From the human T2T-CHM13v2.0 reference genome, Homo sapiens, in the NCBI RefSeq assembly GCF_009914755.1, contig NC_060934.1: a stretch of DNA of 64,000 bases; one strand, given 5' to 3'. Shown here piece after piece: positions 50,087-64,000 of this stretch. Position numbers and translations under genes: made by a program. Numbering within the stretch: position 1 is the first letter of the stretch; each line of letters opens with the position of its first letter. The notes below the pieces were generated by a model. The model did no database searches. It was not told the DNA's origin and was given only the letters and a program-made list of their open reading frames with translations.

Positions 50087-52244
50087 CAGAAATGAACCCC
50101 GGCTAGGTGCCAAGCACCTAGGCACACACCTCTTCTGCCACCCTCCTTGTGCCCTGTGTCCCCCCAGGGCCCTCAAGAGTGGGAGGAAGGGAAGGTTACA
50201 ATGATTTCTCCCTCAAGAGTGGGAAGAAGGGACCTAGCACTCAGTGCTCAGTCTCCCAGGCTCTCTCCGGCTCCAAAGCTGGTGCAGCTCAGTGGGGCTC
50301 GGGGGACTGCGTGGCTTCAATACCCTCTTTTGGTCCGTCTCGGTGACACCATGGGGTCAAGCTTGACTGGGTAATCTGGAAGGGAGGGTCCCTCTGGATG
50401 GGACAGAAGCTCACAGCCATGTCTGCCAGCTGCCCCAGTGCCCACCTGGAGTGAGGAAATACCACTCAGGAGGGGAAACAGGCTCAAGGCAGGACGTGGG
50501 CACAGGTTGGTGGGTGAGGGGTGCCAGGGTGGGCATGGGGACAACAGAACATGCCAGAGGCCCTTGGTGACAGGGGACATGATGGATGATGATAAAATGG
50601 TTGGCTGATCCAAGGGGTCCCACAGGAGCAGGCGGGGGTGACTTGGGCCTGAGGGCTCTGGGCTGGAAGGATTTAAAGTGTACCCAGCTGATCCCAAAGG
50701 CATCCGGGGTTCGGAACCACTGATGTGGAGGGGCAGGAAGGGCTGGCCCAGGAGAGAGTCCTGGGGAACAGTTCCGGGAGGCAGAGGAGAGACCAGAAGG
50801 AATGGTGAGGGGCACTGGGGATCCCTGTAGCCAGGAGAGGAAGGAGAGTCAGACAGAATGTGGGTCATGGGCTGCAAGAGCTGGTGAGACAGGCCTGAGG
50901 AGGGGATGTGAGCACAGGCAGGGAAATGGCCACAGAGGGGCCACCCTCTCCCACAGCCTCACTGTGCCCCGTGGGCCTCAGCGGCTGTGTCTACTGCTCT
51001 TGGCAGCACTCCTTGGAGCGTGTCTTGGTCTCGGGGCTGGCATTTCTCTCTGGGCTCTGCCCGGGGCTCCCCACACTATGGCTCCTTTGAGGGAGCCCAT
51101 CTCAGCTCACCTTCATAACTGGACTTTGGCCAGACCCTTCTGGAAGGGACCCACCCCCTCCCCCAAGACTCATTGTCCCCAGACACCCACACGTGGCTTG
51201 GTGTGGGCACGCCCCTATGTGCATGTGTGGGGAGCGGCTGAGCTTCTGAGAATGCCACCAGTGAGGGCACCTTTGTCCTGGCCCACAGGACAGGGCTCCC
51301 AGAAGGGTAGTGAGCCCGGGTGCCCAAAGGCCTGGAATGGGCCCTTCATCAGTCCCGGGGCACGGAGACAGCTTCCATCTTCCTCTCTGGAGGGCATCTC
51401 ACAGCACCATGTGCAAGATGGCTCCCAGCTCTGGGGGCAGCTCTGGACAGTGGCTATGTGCCCCGGGCATGGCTGCCTCCCCTGGCCCAGCTGGTCCAGC
51501 TAGTCCCTACAAACCCCAGCCCACGCCTCCAGGAACAGCCTGGGGATGCTATGTGCTTAGAGCGAAGGGCACTGGACCAGAGGTCAGGACAATAAGTGCT
51601 TCGCATCACAGGACATTCTTGTCTGTTACCTCCAAGGTTGCACTGGATGAGAAAACAAATCACTCCCCACCCAAGATGTGATTCCCTCAGGGCTCCAGGA
51701 GCCATGGGGGTTCTGGGAGTCCCATGGCAGCCTTCCTGAGATGAAGGGGCTGGTCCTGGACGTAGGATGTGTTTGCTGAATGGTGGGAAGGACACAGCCA
51801 GTTAGGAGGCGGCATGGGGAGGGTGGTGCTGGGGGAACATTCCTGGCAGGGACCCCAGGGTGGGCAAATCCTGGAGTGGCAAAAGTTAACCTCTGCCCAG
51901 GAGGATTCCTCCTCCTCTTGGCAGCCAACATCTCCTGGGGGCCCACGGGAGAGCAGGAACCTGCAAGCCCAAGAGACCTGGGGGATCGCAACTGTACTTC
52001 CCACAAGAGGTGTGTTTTGGGCAAATTGTCTCAACCCTGGAGGCTCCGTTTCTTATTCTCATACACCGAACCCATCCCTACTTCTCGGGAGTGATTAAGA
52101 GGTGTCTAGACATGGCCATTCCACTGAAGGGAGGATGCTGTCACTCTGCGTCCTTTGCTGAGCTCCTCATTGTGTCAATTGTGTACAAGCTGCACAATAA
52201 ATGGAAGAGACACAATCTTTTTGATGTGATCAAGGTCTAGTAAA

Positions 52245-53500
<1,256 letters not shown>

Positions 53501-54441
53501 GAGTAGAATAAACCTGGTATCATATATGTAGCACGCATATTACCAGTGATCATCTTTGTGATTCTGTGGGAATATGGGAAATCCTCATTTTCTACATTAC
53601 ATATTTACATGATTCTTGAACTGAAGAGAAAACCAATACCGATATATTTTTAATTGTGGTTGTGGAGGGCAGTACTAGCTTATTCAAGATTATTCCTAGT
53701 AAAGGGCCACTCAAAATTTACTGATTTGAGACCTTTGTTATCATATGATAATTGAGAGCATTTGGGAACTTTTACAGCAAGTTGACATTGCCCAGACTTC
53801 CAGAAGTGTCATTAGTAGATGGTTCTTGTTGAACAGGGTATAGACCGCCTTGGGTTACTGAACTTGCATGGCTAGTTGCATGTAAACTAGTCACATGCAG
53901 TAAAACCATGTACTACACCAGGGGCAGTGGCTCAGACCTGTAATCCCAGCACTTTAGGAGGTCGAGGCGGGCAGATCATCTGAGGTCAGGAGTTCGAGAC
54001 CACCCTGGCCAACATGGTGAAAACCCGTTTCTACTAAAAATACAAAAATTAGCCAGGTGTGGTGGCATATGCCTGTAATTCCAGCTACTTGGGAGGCTGA
54101 GGTGGGAGAATCGCTTGAACCTGGGAGGCAGAGGTTTCAGTGAGCCGAGATTGTGTCACTGCACTCCAGGCTGGGTGACAGAGAGAGCCTCCGTCTCAAA
54201 CAAAACAAAACAAAACAAAAGAGGGATGCCAAATCAAACATAAAGTTACAGATATCTATCATAGGATAGCCGGCCACGGTGGCTCATGCCTGTAATCCCA
54301 GCACTTTGGGAGGCCGAGGCAGGCGGATCTTGGGGTCAGGAGATCAAGACCATCCTGCCCAACATGGTGAAACCCCGTCTCTACTAAAAATACAAAAATT
54401 AGCCAGGTGTGGTGGTGGGCGCCTGTAGTCCCAGCTACTCA

Positions 54442-54573
<132 letters not shown>

Positions 54574-55929
54574 TCATAGGATTATATGAAGAGACTAATT
54601 TTATTTATGTAGGAAATACCTGTCTTTTGACTAGATCTCTGAGCTCTGGGCAGAGCCCACACTGAATCCTGAATCTCCCAAAAGGGAGAATTATTATGAG
54701 GCTAGACCATGTGATGCTTTTTCAGTGCACTTAAAATTTTTTTTTAAACGAAGACACTTCCAATGTGTAAACTACACTCTTCCTTAAAAACCAGAGGAGG
54801 CTTTGGTGCAACAACTCTTTTAGTCAATAAGTCAGGTAACACAATACAAAAGCAGGCAATTTAAGAGCTGAGATGAACTTATCTGCTTACACTCTTGGGG
54901 TTTCATAAGGAAAAACAGGTTTCTCCCCAAAAAGGAGTCTGGTGCCTTCTCTGCTTTCTTGAAGGAAAGCCAGGCTATTATAAACTATAATAGTTTAGGT
55001 CCCTCAAGCAGCAGAGGGTGCAAGAGAAAGGAGAGGCAGCAGAAGTAAATAAAACAAAACAAAACAAAACAAAAAACAGAACTCAGTCAACTGAGAAAAA
55101 AAAATCTTTAACTAAAAAAAAAAAAAGAGAGACAAGGTCCTAGGAGAAAAAAAAAAATATGTGAAGGCCTTTTCAATACAAACACACACACATACACACA
55201 CACACACACACATGCACAAACACATACACACACACATCTTGGATGTTAGCTTTTAGTTAAGCTGACTTTTAATCATTGAGCTCCTTTAAAAAAATCTTTT
55301 AAAATCTCATTACCATAATTCAGCTAGAACAAATTGCTGCTATTTCAGAAGTACCAAGTATCAAACCGAAAATGGCTTGATTTAGGAAACACACCCAAGC
55401 TGTCGTGGTGGGAAAAAAGAAGCCAGAGCCCTTAGCTATGGAACTGCAGTATGGAGTGACAGCCATTGCTCTTTCAGTTTGGCCTGGCTAGCAAAAAGGT
55501 GGCCTTGTTATGTAAATAAAGCCCCTTAAGTAGTCAAAGTAAAAAATCTTCCCTGTTTTTTTTTTTCCCCTTTTTTGGCTGTTTTTCTCCCCCACCACAG
55601 TGTGGAAATTTAGCCACTTCAGAGGTCTTGTTCCCCATAATTTGGAAGTTTCCTTTGGATTTGATCAAGTCGGATAGAGTTGATCAATCCCAATGGCAAA
55701 AAGACTGAAACAACAACAAAAACAGAAACAAACAAACAACAACAACAAAAACAATTAAGCAAAACAAAGATGGCACAACTTATCCAACTACTGAGTGCTC
55801 TAATGGTAAAGAGAAATTACAACCAGCTGGTTGTTAATCTTAACTTTAGCCAAGACAACCCCCAGTTTAGTTACCCATCCTTAGGTAAGGGATGGGTCTC
55901 AGGCTGAAGACTGCTCTTTACCATCCTAG

Positions 55930-56387
55930 TGTAGCAGGACGAGCTGCAGACAAAACTCCTCAGACACCGAATTAAAGAAGGAAGGGGTTTATTTGGCCGG
56001 GGGCATCGGCAAGACTCCTGTCTCAAGAGCCGAGCTCCCCAAGTGAGCAATTCTTGTCCCTTTTAAGGGCTCACAACTCTAAGAGGTGCGTGTGAGAGGG
56101 TCATGATTGATTGAGCAAGCAGGGGGTATGTGACTGGGGGCTGCATGCACCAGTAATTAGATTGGAACAAAACAGGATAGGGATTTTCACAGTGCATTTC
56201 TATACAATGCCTGTAATCTATAGATAACATAACCAATTAGGTCAGGGGTCGATCTTTAACTACCAAGCCCAGGGTGCGGCGCCAGGCTGTCTGCCTGTGG
56301 ATTTCATTTCTGCCTTTTAGTTTTTACTTCTTTCTTTGGAGGCAAAAATTGGGCATAAGACGATATGAGGGGTGGTCTCCTCCCTTA
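55930..56387 (-). mobile_element. Solo LTR2 (HERV-E/Harlequin LTR)
   Basis: Reverse strand reads taagggaggagaccacccctcatat...ctcgtcctgctaca; 4-bp TSD CTAG at 55926-55929 and 56388-56391. Confidence 0.92.
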
Positions 56388-56717
56388 CTAGAAGAAGGAA
56401 GAAACTCACATTTGTCTTCCCCGTTGGAAGCAAGCTCAAACTCCATAAAGGAGTTACCTGCATTTCATCGTCATCAAAGCAGGAAAAACTTGCCTTTCTT
56501 GCGTTGGAAGATAGTAAAACTCCAAAAAAAAGGAGTTGTACTGCAAAATAAACTTTAGATCTTGACCAAGTTTTGAAAGATCAGTGATTCTCTGGAGGGG
56601 GTGCTTCCAGGCCTGTCTCGGCAAATTGTTCTATTGGTTTGAGCCATAAAGATAGTTCAAGCTGGTACCGAGCACTGATAGGAGATTTGTCAAAGGTCAG
56701 GGGAGCCTCCACCCAGA

Positions 56718-56735
56718 ATCCCTTCATGGTTGCCA
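56718..56735 (-). other. Retroviral primer binding site, tRNA-Arg-like
   Basis: TGGCAACCATGAAGGGAT, 3 nt inside the LTR end; compare TGGCGACCACGAAGGGAC, the complement of a tRNA-Arg 3' end (recalled). Confidence 0.7.
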
Positions 56736-56738
56736 AAA

Positions 56739-57182
56739 TGTGAGCCTTGAATATCTGAGAAGGGTCTCAGTTAATTTAGGAAGTTTATTTTGCCAAGGTT
56801 GAGGAGGCACACCTGTGACACAGCCTCAGGAGGTCCTGATGACACGTGCCCAAGGTAGTCAGGGCACAGCTTGGTTTTATACATTTTAGGGAGACATGAG
56901 ACATCAATCAATATATGGAAGATATACATTGGTTCTGCCAAGAAAGGTGGGACAGCACAAGCAGTGAGAAGGCTGCCAGGTCACAGGTAGGTGAGAGACA
57001 AGTGGCATTCTTCTGAGTTTCTGATTAGCCTTTCCAAAGGAGGCAATCCGATATGCATTTATCTCAGTGAATGGAGGGATGACTTTGAATAGAATTGGAG
57101 GCAGGTTTGCCCTAACCCTTTTCCAGCTTGACTTTTCCCTTTAGCTTAGTGATTTTGGGGCCCCAAGATTTATTTTCCATTC

Positions 57183-57184
<2 letters not shown>
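56739..57184 (-). mobile_element. MER4A-type 5' LTR
   Basis: Reverse strand starts gtgaatggaaaataaatcttggggccccaaaatcactaagctaaagggaaaagtcaagctgg. Confidence 0.88.
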
Positions 57185-57228
<44 letters not shown>

Positions 57229-57248
57229 TACATATATACACACACACA
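57185..57248. repeat. (TG)n/(CA)n microsatellite
   Basis: Direct reading. Confidence 0.95.
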
Positions 57249-58000
57249 AATAAATAAAATGAAAAATCTCATTAAGAACAGCAAGCAGTATGGTATTTTT
57301 AACTTGCCCTATTCTATTCTCATCCTCTCCTCGCTGGCTCCACTGCAGCCTTGAAAATTAACAGCCCATAATTACAGTGAAGACCAATAGCCTGGCAGCC
57401 ACTGGAAAGACAGAATGGGGCTGGATTTCCTTCAAAGCCTCATTCCCAGAGAACTGTCATTTGACTTGGCTGGTGGTTTTCAGAAACATCCCACTGCCAG
57501 GATGTCTTTTTCTGTCCTAAGAGCTCACTTAACGAAAAAGCCTTTTCCTTAATGGCATTTGTCAAAAACATTTAAAGGCCGTTATTCAAGTTGGTGCCTG
57601 TATGAGGTTGTAGATAACATTTTGGGCAGACAATAGGCTAACTAAAAAGCTTTAAAAGTAAAACAGGAGAATGAGATGTCCATAAGGGCTTTGAAAATTC
57701 CAACAGAATGATTCCTAGAAATCTATGAGGCTACTCCCAAGTGTAGGCCTGCGTACATGTTCAGTAAAGACCTGGGAAGGCTCAAAGCTCTCACCTCTGA
57801 CTGGCCTTGAGGCTCTGGGCAAGCAGGAAGTGAAGGCTAAGGCAGAGATGTAAACTGCCTGGCTGAGTGTTGAAGAGTAGTCCCAGACTACAAAATTATT
57901 TCAGAAAGCTCATTAGACACTGAACAACAATAACAGCAGCAACAACAGCAACAACAAATAGGGGGTATAGAATCTGATTTCCAGAGTTGTCACATTAGAT

Positions 58001-58850
<850 letters not shown>

Positions 58851-58899
58851 TGATGAACTAATTTACACTCCTACCAACATAGACCAGGTGTTCCAATAT

Positions 58900-59157
58900 T
58901 GGAGGATAAGAGAAGATGGATGTCCCAGCTCAAGAAGACAGATTAAATTCACCCTTCCTCTGCCTTTTTGTTTTATTTGGGCTCTGAAGAGATTGAAGGA
59001 TGCCCATAGATATTGGTGAGGATGATCCTCTTCACTCAGTCTACCTATTCAAATGCTAATTTCTCTGGAAACACAGACATACTCAGAAATAATGTTTTAT
59101 CAGCCATGTGGGCAACCCTTAGCCCAGTAAAACTGACACATGAAATTAATCATCACA
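58900..59157 (-). mobile_element. MLT2 (ERVL) LTR fragment
   Basis: Ends tgacacatgaaattaatcatcaca. Confidence 0.75.
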
Positions 59158-59214
59158 GGGAGGTCTGGGACAATTCACGTCTTTGTTAATTTAAATAGAC
59201 ACATGAAGAAATTA

Positions 59215-59288
59215 TTTTTTCTCTTTTCTTCTTCTTTCTCTTTCTTTTTCTTTCTTTGTCTTTCTCTTTCTCTTTCTTTTTATTTTTA
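59215..59288. repeat. Polypyrimidine (TTTC-like) low-complexity tract
   Basis: Direct reading. Confidence 0.85.
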
Positions 59289-60244
59289 ACTAAAGGACAT
59301 TTTGTAAGCACATGAAACCAGAGAATTGCAGTAGCCATATGACTACTATGAGGTGAGAAAAAGGAAAGTTTTTGCATCCTGCAGATCTGCCCCATCTATG
59401 GTCTTTGTGTTAACTGAGACGACAAATACGTTACTACCTAAGCTTCCTTTAGTAACGTCTCCCACTACCTTTATGTTAAAACATTTTAAAAGATAAAATT
59501 AAAAGTACAAAATTTTGTTCTTTTAGAGTGGAATAAAGTGGGCTTTCATAAGCTCAGATGTGAATTTTACAATGATTCTGGTCAAATTTTTCAGATAATT
59601 TTAGAAAATTGTCTAAAAATACTCTAAATCTAGTGTTAATTATTAGACATTATTTTTTCAAATGTTATTAATATTATAGTGTTAGATGAAGAAAGTGTAT
59701 AATCACTAGGGATGAGTTTAATTTTCTTAAGAAAGACAGATATTGGGATCCTCTAATAATACATTAAATGCCCACTAAAGTCAGAGGTATGTATTTGATA
59801 ATGTACCTTACTATATTCTTGTGGACAAGAAGGAGCAATATGGATTACGTAATGGAATAATTTGGTAAATTATTTAATGGTTAATAGTTACATATTACTA
59901 ACAAGTAAAATGGTTTTAACCGGAAAAATTCATTTTTGTTTATATTCTGGTAACATTTTCATCAGTGTTTTAGACATGTTCATCTGTCAAACACATGAAA
60001 ATTGAAACAACTCTAAGGATTAGCTAATAGGTTGAATGATAAAATAAAAACCTATATAGATGTCTGTGTATTATAATTATGAAACAGCTTTTAGTCAATA
60101 AAACTAAATAGGAAAGATCCTTAAATATTACATATTCAACAATAAACCACACACATGTAATGACAATGCTAGGATGAGAGACATATGTTTTAAAAAGCAA
60201 GATTTTACTACAACAAGCAGTGTTTAGCTAGCCAGGCTGTAAAC

Positions 60245-60467
60245 CAAGGGTTGGCAAAGTATGGCCTGCAAGCCATATCCAGCCAATAGACTGGTTTTGT
60301 AAATAAAGTTTTATTGCAGCATGGACACACTCATTCATTTGTGTATCGTCTATAAATGCTTTCTCACTGCAACAGCAGAGTTGAATAGTTGTATAGAGAT
60401 TATATGGCCCACAAAACCTAAGATCTTAGCCTCTTTCCCTTTACAGTAAAGGTTTATTAATCCTGCC
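60245..60467 (-). mobile_element. MER58A hAT fossil
   Basis: gggttggcaaa...gtaaataaagttttattg...tatggcccacaaaacctaa...ccctttacag. Confidence 0.8.
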
Positions 60468-61024
60468 TAAAAACAATTTAGCGGAATAATTTGGCTACAA
60501 GGAAAATAATGATTTTCTCTTATAAGTTTAATGTCTGGACAAGGTTAATGAGAGCTATGTTTTTCTCCGGGTAGAGTATCCTGGACGTGCAGTTTTTTTT
60601 GAAAAAAAATGCATCACATTTTTGAGAGTCTGTCACTTGAAGGCATGGTTTAGTCTAATCTTGGTTTATCTCAAATGTAAGTTCAGAAATTGTGGATGTT
60701 ACAGCAAGACATAATTTGACTCTGAATCAGCAAGTACTTTCAAATATTCAGAACTATCTGGAAGTGAAAACAGCTTCCTCTGTAGACAGACAACAAGTTT
60801 CTTATCCCAGAACCCTGTTCATAGACCATCTGTGAAAGTTGTAATCAGGAGATTCACAAATGTGATAATGATGACACAGTCACATTGACAATGAGGCTTT
60901 TAGTCATACAGATTAAATATGTACTCTATTGTGCAAACCTCCTAATAATTGAGAATAAACTTAATCTTGGGCTACAAGTAGGTACAAAGTATTCCCAGTT
61001 AGATTTTACATGTATACATTTTGA

Positions 61025-61405
<381 letters not shown>

Positions 61406-63069
61406 TAATTCTAAAGTAAACTTTCCCCTTCATTACTTGAAGATTTATTTCAGGTGTTTTTCAATTCCTCCTAATTTCAGCTCCTCAATTCAAATTTGGC
61501 TCACATTAATGATGGTTATCTGTTCTTGGCACATAGAAAATACAAATATAGGACTTTTACTGAATTCCATTTTTTTAAAAAGTTCTAAGGAAAAAGCTGT
61601 TACATCCACATATATGTGTAAAATGAAACGTGGACCTAAGAACTACTGTGGATAAATAGCTTGACTTTTAATACAAGAGAGTATATTGAATTTAAAGCTA
61701 AGAATCTGGGAATTCTTGAGTACTGCCTGCTAGGAACACTATTATGTCAAAAATAACCAAAAGGGTTATTTGACATGATTTGCTGATCACTAAGCCCACT
61801 GAGGGAAGCCCTCCAAGGTTTATGTGAGAAGTAGCCAGTTTTTTACTGGTGTAGAAGAAATGCTTTTTATTGCTCCAAGGATGGCACTGAGCCCCACAAA
61901 GCAACCACCTGGGAATATCAGGTAAATAGCATGAATCTGTGGTTATAAAACAAGCACACTGTTTTAAAAACATATTTAAAGTAATTTGTGAGTTGGATGT
62001 TTCCTGATAGGTATACTTTTTAGTTTAGGCATTTAAAAAAAAGTCTGCAGCGTACCTTTATTTTCACTTTTACTTTGGTGTTTTGATGTCTATAGAAATG
62101 AGCGGTTTCTCTACTTCTTTCCCAGAAATTTATCTCCAATGCTGACATGAGCACAAAGACCTTATGTACTGTGCTGGGAAATATCTTGTGTCTTAAGAAT
62201 AAAAATTTTCATTAGAGTTAGTCCATGCATCACAGATATTATCCTTCCTGATGAGGAACACTGAGGCACAGACACTGTGTTGGGCTACAGTTCTCAATGG
62301 AAAAATTAAGCTTTTCAAAATGTTAGTCACTGCCATGCTAGATGTTTAAGTCATTTTTACAACCTGTTTTGATAGATTCTAAGAATCAGTCTTACATTGT
62401 ATTTTTCTATGGCTTACTGTTAAAATCTTATTCATAAAAATAACTATCATGCATGGAAATAGTATATACCAACATCATAAACCAGAAAGTAATTTATATT
62501 TAACCCTCATAACAGTACTTCAAAGTAGAAATTATCTCATATTGTAGAGGAAACACAGGCTCAGATAGGATATAAATTGCCCATATCACAAAATTAGTAA
62601 GTGATGGAGCTAGAATACAAACAAGATCTGCCTATTTACACAAATCAATAATTTTTCCTCTATAGCATGTTGTCATTACATGCCTTTGGTTTTTAAGTGA
62701 AATGCACTCAACTTCACATTTTAAAATATGCCACAAATGTACCCACAAAGTAAGTGAACATGACTATTGAGTGGGATCACAATTATTAAAAAGTTTGCCT
62801 TGGGACCTTTGAAACAAAGACAATATACTGACCCTCAGGGAACTGAGTTACATGCCCAAAGGGGACATGTGCCATCTACCTGGGCTCAATGGGGGTTTCC
62901 CAGTGGATTCTTTGTAAATAGGTGTTGCACATATTTCTGGTTTTTTTTTAAGCTTTCCTTTATAATTTCCAGACCTAGTTCTGATGGTGATGAACTTCTT
63001 TCAAAACCTAACCCTAGATATGGGGTCAGCTTTAGGCAAAATTGAGAGTTGCTAGCTAACAAAAGTAGC

Positions 63070-63285
63070 TAATATTTTAATGAAATGTCTTATTATTAAG
63101 CTAAATGCCAAACACTATTCATTACATGTATTAATCAGTTATCACAATTTTATGAAGTAGATATGACCATCATTTTTATTTATCAGTTGAAGAAACTAAG
63201 ACTCAGAAAAGTTAAATACCTTACCCAAAGTCATGTTGCTTGTGGAGAAGTTGCAATTCATCTTGGTTATCTTGACCTAGAGTCT
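63070..63285 (-). mobile_element. MIR SINE (another MIR fragment at about 62500-62630)
   Basis: gaagaaactaagactcagaaaagttaaataccttacccaaagtca. Confidence 0.7.
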
Positions 63286-64000
63286 GCGTGCTGGATGACT
63301 ATTTTAGACTGTTACGTGTGCATGCAGAGCTCAGTGTTTGTCTGGTCCCACTCCCTCCTACCCTTCTGTCCCCTAGTGACTTCATCCTGTTCCCTACTTC
63401 TCAAGACTACTCCTCTTCTTGGACACTTTTTCATATTCCAGAACTAACCATTCTGTTTCATTTTTTTCTGCTCATCATGCAAAGTTAGCAGGGCAGCTGA
63501 AATAAAGGAATTCATACTAAAAAATGGCATGCTCAGTTTGTAAAATTTTCCAGAGTTAAATAGGTAGAGTGAAATGCGCAATTTCTTCTTTGAAGAAAAC
63601 AATGTTGAATTTTACTTAAATGAATGATAAATATAATTTTGACATGTATTTGTGATCTGTATGAGTAATATCATATCCTATCCTGCTTCACATTCTCACA
63701 CTCTTATACCATTAATGATCTCTACATCTATCCCCAATCAGCTACCACCTCTCTTCCTCAGCTGTGTTATGTCAGGTCTGAAAATTAAATTTTAAAAGTA
63801 GTTCCTAAGTTTTCAACATTCTTAAAGTTTTTTTCCTGGAAGGACATGATGAGTAACCTGACTGTCAGCAAATGCCTTAGGTATTAAGGAGAACAATCAT
63901 AATGGCAATAGCTAATATTTTTTGGCAGAGCCAAGTTTCAGTATCTCTTTGCAACTCTGTGACATCATGATCATATTAATTCTTATTACAAACCTATGAA

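Noticed and set aside
50802-51503. 233-aa ORF as a bona fide membrane-protein gene
   Set aside because: GC-rich region with long overlapping ORFs in most frames and no recognised homolog; kept only as a low-confidence note.

Overview
Primate, almost certainly human, DNA from the chromosome 10q BMS1P/AGAP (CTGLF) segmental-duplication family. It is a mosaic of four parts. (1) 1-9890: seven intron-separated exons of an unprocessed BMS1 pseudogene, with stops, a frameshift and damaged donors, cut off mid-exon at 9890. (2) 9891-26000: a repeat-rich spacer with a degenerate 5S rRNA pseudogene and candidate non-coding exons. (3) 26601-48016: an 8-exon, 686-codon AGAP4/5/6/7P/9-family gene model on the + strand. 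It is a chimera. Exons 1-7 are cyclin-Y-like (CCNYL1/CCNYL2-type) N-terminal exons, one of them duplicated. Exon 8 is an intronless AGAP1-derived PH-ArfGAP-ankyrin retrocopy whose splice acceptor was carved out of former AGAP1 coding sequence. In this copy the exon 5 donor is AT instead of GT, so it is probably a pseudogene. AGAP7P is my best guess, but the paralog cannot be fixed without alignment. (4) 48017-64000: Alu clusters, a 2.15 kb GC-rich block, a truncated MER4 provirus carrying a solo LTR2, and old DNA transposons. Protein homologies and repeat subfamilies are from recalled sequences, not searches, and repeat boundaries are approximate.
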